The position numbers and the translations under genes were made by a program. Shown one piece after another: positions 39,741-52,570 of a DNA stretch of 64,000 nt (position 1 is its first letter; each line of letters starts with the position of its first letter). The stretch comes from Vicugna vicugna (Eukaryota). The notes under the pieces were generated by a model, which was not told the origin of the DNA, ran no database searches, and worked only from the letters and a program-made list of their open reading frames with translations. The stretch lies in assembly GCA_013265495.1 (NCBI GenBank), contig MU058213.1, positions 6,588,066 through 6,652,065 of the forward strand, read 5' to 3'.

Positions 39741-42700
39741 GCAGCTAGAATACCATTAAAAAAAAAAGCTTCATGTAATTTTGCTTTTAATTTCTTGCCA
39801 TGAGGGGTTTTGTTTTTCCTTAGCACCAAACTGCTCTTCAACATTGTCAGAGAACTCAACATAAACCCACTGAGAGGAAAGCAAGACTGAGAAGGGTCCC
39901 ACGAGGACAGAGACTCTTTACTGAGGACATTTATGGACAGAGTGACAGGATGTTTTATCCTCAGGCCTCCAGAAATGGAAGTCTGTGTGGCCTCCAGAAG
40001 CTTTGTACCGGGAAAGGTTGTACGGCTTCCTCCTGGCTCAGCAGAGTAGAGCCCCTTGCTCTGCTCAGGAAAGGGCAGTGGTGGCACAAGGGTAGAGAGA
40101 ACTAGCTGGTAGGGTAAGGGGATGGCTGGGCCTTACATGGATGGGCCTCTGGGGGTCCTTGTGTTCCACCGAAATTGTGTACAAAGTAGCGTGTGCCCAT
40201 TCTCTAGGATGGGAATGCACAGTTATTAATTTTCAGTAAGACTCTACAAAACCCTGCTTTAGGATCAAACAGACTAAGAGGTCAGATGCTCCAACCCTGG
40301 GCGGGGACTGAGGCCAGAGGCCCATCTCCACCTGCTCAGTGAGAGATGCAAGAGATCTCATCAGCAGACAAGTGTTTCTGCTTCTGTGCTGCAAAGCTGA
40401 CTGCCATTACAGTGTCTGAAATTGGGGATCTGGACTTCTTGGAAAGAGGACTCTTTCACAGCTATTGAAGTTTAGGAAGGTAATGATAGTTATTTCATTC
40501 CCTTTCTTTTCTGCTCCAAGTGCCCTCCTCCTCCGGTATTTAGCTCTGTCGTTTAGTTGAAATCACGTTAGTGTATTATGGGCTAAGCCAGCTGAGTGTG
40601 TTCTGCAGAGAAACGACAAGGGGGCTGGTGGTTTCGAAAGCTCTCCTAATGGCAGGGGGTGGCATGGCCCATCAGTGCTTCTTGATGGACAGCTAGGGGC
40701 TCACTGTCAGTTTCTGGATTCTCTATCACCATGGTTCCAAGGAAAATCATTTGTATTAATTATCACCATGGAGGGGCTACCCGTGCAGAGAGCTTCTGTT
40801 CCATATAATGGCCTGGCTGCCAGCTGGGTAAACTGAGTTGTTTGGACCCTTCTGCTAATAAGCTCTTGTGGCCATTCCACTTGAATGGAAGCCTTATATT
40901 TCCAAGGGGCTCAAGGCCACTTGAAACCAACACTCTACAGGAGTAACTATTTCTGAGTTGTAATACCACCATTAAACGTGAGTGGGCAGAAGTTTTTATT
41001 TGCACATGATTAGAATGAAGACTGCTGCATTCCAACCTGTGTGATCATCTGAGGACTTTACTCTTTGTTTCAATCAGAGCCAGGTGTTGATGGCTGGTAC
41101 AGGGAGGCACGGCTACTCACACCCAAGGGGCAGCATGAAACTCAATGGTGGGCAAATATCGCACATTCTATTTCTCTAGTAGTCTTCCTGTGGACTCTGA
41201 ATGCCTGGATTCTGGGTCCTGACCCTCCTTCCACTCCAGCCCCCAGCAAGGACACCGGAGAACCTCTTGTGAGATAGAACAAGAAAGACCTTACCACACT
41301 TGAGTTAGAGAAATCAAACTTTCTCCTCCAAAATGTATAATTCTCTTAGATTTTTAGCAGTGGTATTATTAGGTCAAATAAAGTGAATATTTTGAGGCTC
41401 TTAACTGTCACTGGTTCTTAACTGGTTCCAAAGTACTGTGTCAGTTTAGGAGTTTATTTCTAGTTGCATTTCCTCCTTTGAGGGTGTCTCCTAGGTACTG
41501 TCCCCATTTACCTATGTCATTTTAGTGCTTTTTCACAGCTACTTGTGTGAACTCTACATGCTGAAGGTGACTGCTCTCTGCAGCATTTGCTGCAGGGATT
41601 TTCCTAAAGCTACTGGGAATTTTCTTTTTGCTATTATGAAGCGAAATCTGTCCTTTCTTTTGTGACTTCCTCAGTTGACTTTTCTCAATAAATATTTATT
41701 AATAAATAATATTATTTATGATGTGCAATGGCACTGTGGTGGATTTAAACATAAATAATCCACGACCCCTGGCCTCCGAGAACTTGTGATCTGTATGAGG
41801 ATGCGACAGCACAGAAAATTTCAATCTATTGCACTAGGGGGATTGCCACTTTCAAAATTATGGCTAATTAGGTGCTCAAAGGTATCCTGAGGCTGCAGAG
41901 CAGAGCAGGGGTTCTGGAACTCTAGAAAGGTCATACTCTTGGAAATATTAACTCATTTTACAAGAAGCAGAGGAGGTCTCCGAAGATCCCTGTCTATTAG
42001 AAAACAGAGAAGACAGCAAAAATGTGAGGTGGGGCTGGATAACACCAGAGTGGCCAGTGGCAAGGAGGAGGGTGGTGACTTGACAGCAACTCTGTTTTTT
42101 ATAGATGGCTGTCTAGCCTTGGGTCAGCAGGATGGCAATGCTGACCTGACAGCACCCTTAGACCTGGGCAAGAGAGGACCCCACCGTGGGCCCTTGCTTT
42201 TGAGAAACCTTTGGGTATGTTCATACACACGCACATGCAGCTATTAAAGACTCGGGCTCAGCACTGGCAAAGAAAGACGTGCCCTACACAACCACTCTCA
42301 TGACGAACTCCACTGAGGCCCCAGGGAAACAAACACTTAGGCTGGGCAACATCCAAACAAAGAGGGATAAAGTCTAGATGTGGTGAGGTTGGGGTTGCTG
42401 GAGATGGATACTGCTTTACAAGCTAGGGAGGATTTGAAGGTTGGAAATCTTTAGATAAAACAAAAGATAAATCAATCAATTTGTTAAATCCTTTCCTTTG
42501 GAGAAAATGCAATAGGTTGTCACACAATAAAGTATCACTCAGCCATCTCAAGTGTCCATTTTTTTTGCTTCTCTTTGTATGTAATTTGTGGTTCTGGGGA
42601 TGGTTGACCAATTAGCAAAGTTTCTGTAACCAGTGCACATTGCTGCAGAGGAAGTTTTCCCATATTAAACAATTTATATTGCTCTTACAATCACAGACCT

Positions 42701-42748
42701 GCTGGTTTAGTGCACTGTATGTATGTGTGATGCCTACAGATTCTTTTA

Positions 42749-42890
42749 TTTAAATTTATTTATTTATTTTTATTGAGTTATAGTCAGTTTACAATGTTGT
42801 GTCAATTTCTAGTGTGCAGCATGATTTTTCAGTCATACATGAATATACATATATTCATTTTCATATTCTTTTTCACCATGAGCTACTACC
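42749..42890 (-). mobile_element. Short young L1 3' end
   Basis: T-rich tail then 'tattgagttatagtcagtttacaatgttgtgtcaatttctagtgt'; TSD tacagattcttt / tatagattcttt. Confidence 0.88.
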
Positions 42891-43524
42891 TTATAGATTC
42901 TTTATGTCAGAAACTACAGAGACACGAAGCACTAGAATTATAAACGATTTTATAGTATATAAATAGATAATCATAATTTTAAAATTTTAAATTACATTAG
43001 ACAGTTTCACTTTCTTGAAATAAGAAACTGAATTAAGTATATCATTTTGACAGGCAAATGTTTACCCGTATAATTTGAATGCAATCATAATTAAGTTTTT
43101 AATCTTTTAGATCATCAGTGTTGATAGAAAACAAATTCTGTGAACATCTTGAATATAACATAAGTAATCTTTTCTGAAATGAAGGCACAAAAAAGAAACT
43201 TTACGAAATAAGCATATAATCATTTATGAATTATGTAAGTCCCTATTTTATTTCTCAGCCAAGCTTCACTAACCTATCAAAAGAATATCCAGACATGCAC
43301 AATAATTAATTTCAGGTGTTTTTACTATTTTGCCAACTTTCAATCATATAAAAGCTACAGTTTTATACATAATTCTCTACTTTGTCATATGAAGGTATAT
43401 TTTTCAAAGCTGGGAAATGGAACACACTGTGTGTACTGCGTGCAGGCTTGATTTTAATTTTTAAGCACTTACACATAGATACATGGACATCTCATTTTTA
43501 CTCCTACCCCAGCCACCACGTGTG

Positions 43525-43552
43525 TTAAAATAAAAGAGCCAAACGTTGCTTC

Positions 43553-43596
<44 letters not shown>

Positions 43597-44020
43597 AAAA
43601 AAAAAAAAAAAAAAAGACTAATCAAATAGAGAAAATTTTGGTAAAATTGCTCAAGAAAAGAAAATAGAAATTATCAATATAAAGAAAAGGGAAATAACTA
43701 TATGTACAGCTGAACTTCTAAAATATAATTAAGGAACACGAATAATTTTATGCCAATTGATTTAAACAATTAGATGTAACGGCTAACTTATTGGAAAAAA
43801 TAACTTAGCACAACTGACTCAATACGAAAGAGAAAGACTGACTTGCTCCTTAATTGTAAGAAATCAGAACGTTAGTTAATAACGTTCCCATGAAGACAAG
43901 ACTAGTTGAATTCTACTAGCCCAGTCCAATACTGAACAAGCTTCTGTAGACAATACAAAAAGAGGAAACTCTTCCCAACTAATTTTATAAGGTTTATATA
44001 ACTTCATATCTAAACTAGAC
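43525..44020 (+). mobile_element. Degraded old L1 ORF2 fragment containing a long poly(A)
   Basis: 'ccaaacgttgcttcttgt[A-tract]gactaatcaaatagag', 'tttatgccaat', 'cttcccaactaattttataagg' follow L1 ORF2 order. Confidence 0.65.
43557..43615 (+). repeat. 59-nt poly(A) tract with a single T at 43595
   Basis: Direct reading. Confidence 0.95.
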
Positions 44021-44098
44021 AGACTGAGAACGGAAGGTCAGAGGATTTTTACAGAATTTCCAGTCCAGACACTTTTTCTCTTCACCAGATTTGAGATA

Positions 44099-44319
44099 CA
44101 GAAGACCTTTGAGCAACACAGGTTTGAACCGCACAGGTCCACTTGGACTCGGACTTTTTTCAATATAATAAATACTACAGTACTGAGCGACTCGAGGTCG
44201 GTAAAATCCAAGGATACGGAGGAACCTTGAATACGGGAGGGCGCATTTAAATCATACTCGGATGTTTGACTTCGAGGAAGGTCGGCGCCCCAACCTTCGA
44301 ATTGTTCAAAGGTCAACTG
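44099..44319. mobile_element. Tigger2a-like TcMar MITE
   Basis: TIRs cagaagacctttgagcaac / attgttcaaaggtcaactg; TA duplication at 44097-44098 and 44320-44321. Confidence 0.88.
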
Positions 44320-44614
44320 TATATTCAATAAAATATCTTTCAAATTCTGTGTTTGATGAAACAATGTTAACTTGCATCAATCCAGAATTTATTTCTATAT
44401 GTGATGTGAGATGAACACGCAGACACACACATACTTTCCAAATAGTTAAACTACAGTTCTCTCACTATCTGGTAAATAATCTTTCCCATTTAGTAAAAGT
44501 GAAGATTTTATCACCAGGAGTTTTTGTTCCTTGGAACTTTTATTAACGCACACTGATTCAGTTATTTTGGGTTTATCCCTGGTAAACACGGACAAAAACA
44601 GATTTTGATGCTGC

Positions 44615-44656
44615 CACACACACACACAGACACACACACACACACAGAGAGAGAGA
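44615..44656. repeat. Compound (CA)n(GA)n microsatellite
   Basis: Direct reading. Confidence 0.9.
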
Positions 44657-44920
44657 AGCAGGCCATCAATTTAAGTTAAATTTAGTTTTAAAATGAGCCC
44701 ACTTTATTTGAAGAGCTTGTGTCAATAACTTACTATCCACCTATCTTTTTAATTACCACAGTGACAGTTTAATTACCAGGGACAATTAAAACAGTTAGTA
44801 TTATTTTGAGTTTTTTATGTTACAGTAGATTATTTCACATTAAATGTTAAATACCTATCAGTTTTCATTTCCTGTTAATAAATTCCCACATTCATCAACT
44901 TCAGATATTATAACATTTTC

Positions 44921-44922
<2 letters not shown>

Positions 44923-44953
<31 letters not shown>
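44923..44953. repeat. (AC)n microsatellite
   Basis: Direct reading. Confidence 0.95.
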
Positions 44954-44956
<3 letters not shown>

Positions 44957-45678
44957 GGAGAGGAGCAGGGAGGAGGGTAGGGAGTAGCCCAGGCAAAGTG
45001 TTTTAGGCCTTTGCGAGCAAATTATTCAGGCAGCTGCTTCTTGCTGGCATGGGGTTCTGATTGATGACAAACAACATAATAAATAATCTATTTACTAACT
45101 CCTAACAGCTAAATAATGCCCTTGTTTTTCACCATAACTGGATTGCCAATACTGTATTGACAAAGTGTCACAGGGCTGGAGCTAAACTGACCCCATGTCG
45201 CCATTTTTCTTTCTAGAGCATCAGTGAAGACCCTAGAAAACACCCCCTATTACTCTGATTAATGGAAGGCACCAAAGGCTCCCCGAGAACTTGGTTGTAT
45301 TTATTTATTTACACTTAATTCGGCGGTAAAGGGTGGATGGCTGGAACTCATGGGGTAACTGGAAAATGCAGTAATGTTTCCTTCTCTTCCACCTGGCCTG
45401 CATAAATGACTGTTCTGCACACCGCAGGGTGCCCCCTGGGTCAGGCAGCTTCTGTTCCCCATTCCACGTGGCTGGAGAGGAGTCTGCGCTGCACAGAAAC
45501 GGAAGCTCCCAGGGCTGTGCCCAGAGTCTCACTCCATGAACATTTGTTGATTTGGCTTGGAGATCACAGACCCCAAAAAGCAGATGGGGGCAAGGAGTAA
45601 TCAGCTGTGATTCTGAAGAAAGCTACCACTTTTAATCCCTCTTTCACTATGCCTCCTAAAACCAATTGTTCAATCCAG

Positions 45679-46176
45679 TTTTTTTTTTTTTGCATTCCTT
45701 TTTATTGAAGTATAGTCAGTTTACGATGTATCAGTTTCTGGTGCACAGTATAATGCGTCAGTCATACATATACATACATATGTTCATTTTCATCTTCTTT
45801 TTCATTATAAGTTACTACAAGATACTGAATATAGTTCCCCATACTATACACACAAATGAACTTATTTACAAAACAAACAGACTCACAGACACAGAGAACA
45901 AATTTGTGGTTAACAGGGGTAAAGGGAGTGAGAAGTTATAAACTGGGAGTTCGAAATTTGCAGATATTAACTACCATATATAAAATATATATATATAAAA
46001 TATATACACAAAATGTTATGATAAATCACAGAGAAAAAAATGTGACAATGAGTGTGTATATGTCCATGAATGACTGAAAAATTGTGCTGAACACTGGAAT
46101 TTGACACAACATTGTAAAATGATTATAAATCAATAAAAAATGTTAAAAAATATATATAAATCTAAAATAAAATAAA
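45679..46176 (-). mobile_element. 5'-inverted (twin-primed) L1 3'UTR insertion
   Basis: Poly-T and antisense 3' end to about 45850, then the upstream 3'UTR part in plus orientation; TSD caatccagttttt (45671-45683) / caatacagttttt (46177-46189). Confidence 0.85.
46009..46150 (+). mobile_element. Young L1 3' end nested in the inverted L1
   Basis: Near-identical to 52700-52822 ('cactggaatttgacacaacattgtaaaatgattataaatcaataaaaaatgttaaaaaa'); flanked by aaaatatata repeats. Confidence 0.85.
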
Positions 46177-46506
46177 CAATACAGTTTTTAAAAAAGTCTT
46201 TAGTCTATGTCTATGCAGTTACAAGATGATTTCTGTACCTTCCCCTGTACTGCAACTCCTCTCAAGTCCTGCCATGTGTGATGGTTCTCAAGTCCCCTCC
46301 CTGTCTCTAATATAATTTTCCTCTGAATTCCACCTTCCAAAGGGCTTTCCAAAACCAAGCTCTGACCATGTCCTACTTTTCCTTAAAAACACTCAAGGCC
46401 CCAATAACTTGCAGGTAAAGCTTAAACTTCCTGGCATTTTTAAATGTTTTCTGCCTTTGACTGGTATACTCTGCCCTTCCTTTTCCTCTTGGCAAACTAT
46501 TTTTAA

Positions 46507-47281
46507 AAATTTTATTAATTTATTTCTATTGATGTATAGTCAGTTTATAATATTGCATCAATTTCTGGTGTACAACATAATGTTTCAGTTATACATACAC
46601 ATACATATATTCCTTTTCATATTCTTTTCCATTATAGGTTACTACAAGATATTGAATATAGTTTCCTGTGCCATACAGTAGAAAATTTTGTTGTTTATTT
46701 TATATATAGTCGTTAGTACCTGCAAATCTCAAACTCCCAATTTATCCTTTCCTACCACTTCTCTCACCAGTAACCATGAGTGTTTTCTATGTCTGTGAGT
46801 CTGTTTCTGTTTTGTAAATAAGTTCGTGTCTTTTTTTTAGATTCCACATATAAGTGATATCATATGGTATATGTCTTTTTCTTTCTGGCTTACTTCACTT
46901 TGTATGACAATCTCCAGGTCCATTTACACTGTGACAAATGGCATTATTTTATTCTTTTTTTTGTGGCTGAGTGGTATTCCATTGTATAAATATACCACAA
47001 CTTCTTTATCCAGTCATCTGTCGATGGACATTTGGGTTTCCATGTCTTGGCTATTGTAAATAGTGTTGCTATGAACACTGGGGTACGTGTATCTTTTTGA
47101 ATTAGAGTTTCCTCCAGATACACACCCAGGAGTGGGATTGCTAGATCATATGGTAGGTCTATTTTTAGTTTTTTGAGGAATCTCCATACTGGTTTCCATA
47201 ATGGCTGCACCAAACTACATTCCCACTAACAGTGTAGGAGGGTTGGTTCCCTCTTCTACACACCCTCTCAAGCATTTATCA
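46507..47281 (-). mobile_element. 5'-truncated L1 (ORF2 C-terminus and 3'UTR) inserted in an L2 remnant
   Basis: ORF 46944-47213(-) reads [29 protein letters not shown]...WYIYTMEY, the L1 ORF2 C-terminus; TSD ctatttttaa (from 46497 / from 47290). Confidence 0.92.
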
Positions 47282-49269
47282 GACACACTCTATTTTTAAC
47301 ACTCATCTCAGATGTCATATTCCTGGTGATGCTGTCCCGTCTTTGCAGCAGGAGTTAGACATGGCTTGTTTTGTGTTTCCTTCCCTGGATACCCAACGCT
47401 ACTGCAGCTTACGTCACACCATGTGGCCTCCACTCACACCTCGTCCCTCTCATCCTCAGAGTCCCAATTCCTCCTTGAAACCCAAGAACTTACACTGCTT
47501 TGTCCCACAGCCTCTTGTATATTGGTACCCAGTTCATTTCTGACTTAATACTCTGGTTTCTATCTTCAAAGTCTTTTCTTACAATTAGACCATAAACTCC
47601 TTTGGTATGAGTTTCTGTTACAGTTTTAGCCTCACGGTTCTTGGGCTCAGAATAGTTGTTTACACTGAGTCTGAAATGATGTAAAACTTGAAGATGAGAA
47701 GAAATCTAACTCTAAAAGGTGTGTGTCTATGAGGAGCAGAGAGAGATTCATATTTATCCACCACTGTGTGGTCCTTAGAAATACCTATCTTTTTGCATAT
47801 TGTGCTGCAGCAGAAAAACAATTCATAAGAATGACAAGCTCTTTGAAGCACTATGGGAATAATCACTTATCAAAGTAGCTCAATTACATTTCTTACTACT
47901 GATTGAGATTAATCTAAACCTTTGTATGAGCAAAAATTTGTTTGGCAGGGTGGGATTTTATAGCTCTATCACTATAAATTTATACCCACCGTATAAAAAT
48001 TGTCAATGTATTTAATTAACTGCCAAAATATTCCCTGGGGTTAACTGTCAACTGAATTAACTAAGCAATATGGTTAGTTTTAATTAGCCATTTTAGAGCC
48101 TGTAGAATTAGGTACAGAAAGCAGGGAGATAATTTCACACTAAAAAGCCTCTTCTCAACTCCTAGTTTCACATGAAATTCTAAATACATAAATAAATACT
48201 TTCTAAGGAAATCTCCTTCCCTCCCTCCCTCCTTTCCTTCCTTTTTGTAGTTTTTTGACCTATCTTTTAGCAGTAAAGAGTGAACATCTTCTAGACGAGA
48301 ATAGCTGTTGAGGAAAGACTGCCACCTATTCCAAAGCCTGGAGTTTATTTAGAAAATTAACCCTTTCCAAATTTTCAATATTATTTTTAAAATATTCTTT
48401 GGGAAAAAAATCTCTCAGCTATCTATGATGTGAGTTCCTTGAATTAGATCAAAAACAATCTTATTCAAGCAGTGATGAGTTCATAAATTTGTGAAAGCGA
48501 TTGGTTGTGGTTGTTTAAATAATGCCCAACTCTAAGTGTTGTTTATACATCTTTTGAAATCTTTGAGCATGGCTAATCTATTCATAACGGTCTTGTGCCT
48601 TCCCCTACACACGCACACACATACACATTTTGACTGTCCTAATAAATCAATAAAATACTACCCACTCGGCTTTGCCTACACTACATTTAGAAGTGACAGA
48701 AGTTTCAATTATTTGATTGCATAGCATCTGGCAGGAAGCTTCAGAATAAATTATGGAAGAGGCAGTTTATTTAAAAAGAATAAAGCTATTATGACATTTT
48801 AACTGATGGTTATTTGATGTACTCTCAAATAGTAATTGACTTGATACCAAGCCACTGGCCATCTGAACACTGAATACGTTGAAAATAAAATGTGTAAGAT
48901 AACAAAGAGTATTAGACTGCTTTCCAGTTCTCATTTTGAAATCCTTTTTGGGTTCAGTTACCTGCCCTGAACACACACATTGATAAATAAACTGAAGAAT
49001 GAATGTATCTCCTTCTCTTTTGCGCTATGGAGCCAGTCTAAGAGATTTTGATAATATGACCTCAAGCATTTGAAAAAACTGACATCTCTCTCTGATTTCA
49101 TCTCATTAAAAAATTTAGGACTTATGTGTTTTGATTATTTCAGTTTCGTGACTAGGTAGCTTCTTAAATTGTAGGACTTGCTTTTGTATGGGTCCATATC
49201 CCACCAAGGGACATTAACATGCCCTAAATTCCAAGCAGTCATTGAGGACTTCAGTGACCAGGGTCACTG

Positions 49270-49460
49270 ACATTCATCTGTGTGGCCTGAAATAAGGCAT
49301 AGTCTCTGTGGGCTTCAATTTCCATATTTGTAAAAAAGAAATAATAATATCCCCTTCAATGGGCCATTTGGAGGATCAAATAAATTATCATGTGAAAGCG
49401 CACTGCCAAGTATTATCCTATCAAACTGCAAAACTATCAAAAGCATGTTATTATTGTGTT
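49270..49460 (+). mobile_element. MIR SINE
   Basis: 'tctctgtgggcttcaatttccatatttgtaaaaaagaaataataatatc...gaggatcaaataaattatcatgtgaaagcgc'. Confidence 0.75.
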
Positions 49461-49720
49461 TCTATCAGACATTGTTCCTCAGTTTTCCCCCTCAATGTAC
49501 ACTGTTAACATAAGGTGTGATATCTCTCTAGGCTTACTTATCAGAAGAGGGAGATGCTGTTCTCTCTGGACCAAAAACCTTAGGTATCTACCTTTATAAA
49601 TAGAATTTAATACACATGATTTTCTTGACTTCAGTGTTTTCTAAGCTTTTTGATCAATTATCTCATAAATAAAAATATGGAGGGAGGATGCAACTTAATA
49701 TATTTATATGTAATACATTT

Positions 49721-49764
49721 ATATATATATATAATATATATATATATATATTATATATATATAT
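49721..49764. repeat. (AT)n array forming a perfect 44-bp palindrome
   Basis: atatatatatata-atatatatatatatatat-tatatatatatat equals its own reverse complement. Confidence 0.9.
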
Positions 49765-49867
49765 GGCATGTGTATATATTGTGAGATTCTAAAACATGTC
49801 CAAATAATAGTAATTTAGAAGGACTGAAGAGACTTTGGGGTTGTATATAGCGCCATAAAGCCAGCAC

Positions 49868-50148
49868 TTTTTTTTCTTTTTGTTTGCACAAGCTGAGTGG
49901 TTTTATTTTATATTTTATTGAAGTATAGTTGATTTACAATGTTGTGTTAGTTTTAGGTGTACAGCAAAGTGGTTCAGTTATACACATACATACATACATT
50001 CTTTTCCATTATAGGTTATTACAAGGTATTGAATATAGTTCCCTGTGCTACATAGTAGGTCCTTGCTATTTATCTACTTTATATATAGTAGTATGTATCT
50101 GTTAATCCCAAATTCCTAACTTATTCCTCCCCCTCCCCACCCCCACAG
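49868..50148 (-). mobile_element. Short lineage L1 3' end with an extra 3' segment
   Basis: 'tattgaagtatagttgatttacaatgttgtg...atagttccctgtgcta'; TSD agccagcac (49859-49867 / 50149-50157). Confidence 0.9.
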
Positions 50149-52570
50149 AGCCAGCACCTCTTCCTTCTCTTCCTGGAAACTACTCAAAAGCAACAAGGAA
50201 AATGAGAAGGAAAAAGACAAACTGCACTTCTGATGAAACCAAGAAATAAATAGAACCCCAAACTATAAATAAGTGAAAGCATTGCCAAAAGTAGTAGAGA
50301 TTATTTTGGAATGCATGAAGAGAGAGGACTTGCAGCACAGATCTTGGAAAAAATACAAAACATACTTTTAAAGGTGAAGGTTGACCCTGTGGTGTGAAAC
50401 CTCATACCTTGTATGCAGCAGCAGAAACAGGCTGCATATGCTGGCATTAGGAAGGCCCTTATACCTGGTTTTATTCCAAGAAGAAAAAGTGAGGCCAAAA
50501 GAGAAATCATAGAGAAAAGTCATATTTGTAGGAAGCAATCTATCTCTGCCAGAGGGGGAGGAAAGTAACTTTGCTTTGGAAAACCCTCATACCTGCTAAA
50601 TCCCATTGACTCAAGAAAAACAAACTTACACACAACACTCTGCAACATAAGAAAAGTTCCAGTTGGCCTTGGCCCTTCCTCAATGTGAACTTTTGCAAAT
50701 ACCTGGTCTAGGAAAAACTCATATTGCAAAGATGAAAAATAAAAAAGAAACAATCAGAAGATTAACAAAAGCACAGGAAAAAATAAAACAAGTGGCAGAC
50801 AAACACAAAAAAATACTGCCACAAGATACATGAAATTTATGACTAAACTTTCTGCCAGAAGTTGAAAAATCCTGATGAAGCAATTAATTATATGAAGGAA
50901 GAGCACAAATAAGAGATGCAAGAGCTCCAGGAAGAGATAATGAGGCAACAGAGGGGGAGGTGATATGTGATCTGGCAGAGCTTAGGCAAAAGTTTGAAGG
51001 AAAAAATAAAGCCATCACAGAAATCAAACTGAAATCGGAAAAAGTGCCAGGGAGACTAACTGCTGCTAAAAACACAGTGGGGTACATAGAGGACAGAAAT
51101 GGGGGGTTGTGGCGGAGGAAAGAAGGAAGGAAGACAAATGAAGTAAAATGAAAAAAGAGCTAAAAGGATAAAAAGGAAGATAACGTAGGGGACAGGCAAA
51201 GGAGATCAAACCTACGCAGACTCGGGGCTGCTGAAGAAGAAAATACTGAATCCTCACCAAACACTTAAGTACAAATCAAGAAAACTGTCCTGAAATAAAA
51301 CAAAATTTATATCTACGTAAGAAAGAACACACCACATTCCAGGAAAACTGACTCACAGCAGCTAACACTGAGACATGTCCTAGTAAAGTCATTGGACTTC
51401 AAGATAACATCATGACAACAACAACATTCTTTGGGTGGCAAGGCAGAGTCATCTATAAAAGGAAAAAGAAAAAGGGAGCTGGCTTCTGACTTCTGCACAC
51501 CAGCAATCAATGCTAGAAGTCAGAGGAGTAGTACCTACAATCTCCTCAAGGAAAGCACGTGTAGCCTAACAACATAGTTTGTGCATAAGGACAACAGGCA
51601 AATACTTTTGAAGATGTAAGAACTCAGAGAATATTGTTCCCAAGGCCCTTTTTGGGGAACAGCCTAGAGGACTAACTTTGACTTTCTCAATCAAGATATG
51701 AGAGAGAAGGGACCAACATGAGCACTGGGTGTATCAACGCTGAGACTAAATAAATGTGTGGTTCAGATTACAGAGCAGAAAGTAAGTACTATGTGCCCCG
51801 AAAATGTAGACACAGTAGAATTAATGTTAAGTTGGGAGGATAAAAGTGAAAAAAGTGGAAAGTAAAGGCCAAGCAATTTCACAAACAAAACCTGCAATGT
51901 GGTTTCCTCACCTTTAATAGCTGCCAGTGAAAGGATATCATTTTAATATTGACAAATAAATTAATAGAGGCAAAGGGATGTCTAATAGCACCAAAAAAGG
52001 CGAACACTAAGAAAGATGAAATAATTCACAAAAACTGCATGGTGGAAAAGAGAATGGGGAAGAAAAAGAAATATATACAATCCTTTATGTTCTGAAAAAG
52101 TCATGTATATTGTGTAAAGAAACTGAGTTTCATTATCACATAAACTTACAATTTCAGGGTAACCACTTGTAAAAACAATAAAGCTTCCTATTTATCACGG
52201 AAAAATGCACAAATAGGTAAAGCAATAGAATATATGTTGAAAGTGTTCACAAAATGTTAAAAAAAACACAATATAAAATAAAATGACAGACGCAAGACAA
52301 AACTGATCTATCATACCAATAAACATAAATGGACTCACCTCACATACTAAAAGAAAACAACGTTTAGAATGGATCTCAAAGCAAATCTAAACTTTATGTC
52401 ATACACAAGAGGCACCCTGAAGTAAAGTGATCCAGAAAGGTTGAAAACAAAAGGATGAGTAAAATATACCAGACAAATACAAACAAAAAGGAAACAAGTT
52501 AGTCATCTTAATGTCAGACACAGCTGAATAAAGGGCAAAGAGCATTCAATGAGTCAAAAATGGGTTTCTT

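Noticed and set aside
43525..43615. Processed mRNA retrocopy 3' end (AATAAA about 22 nt before a long poly(A))
   Set aside because: Sequence on both sides of the A tract reads as continuous old L1 ORF2 and no TSD was found upstream, so the AATAAA is most likely incidental
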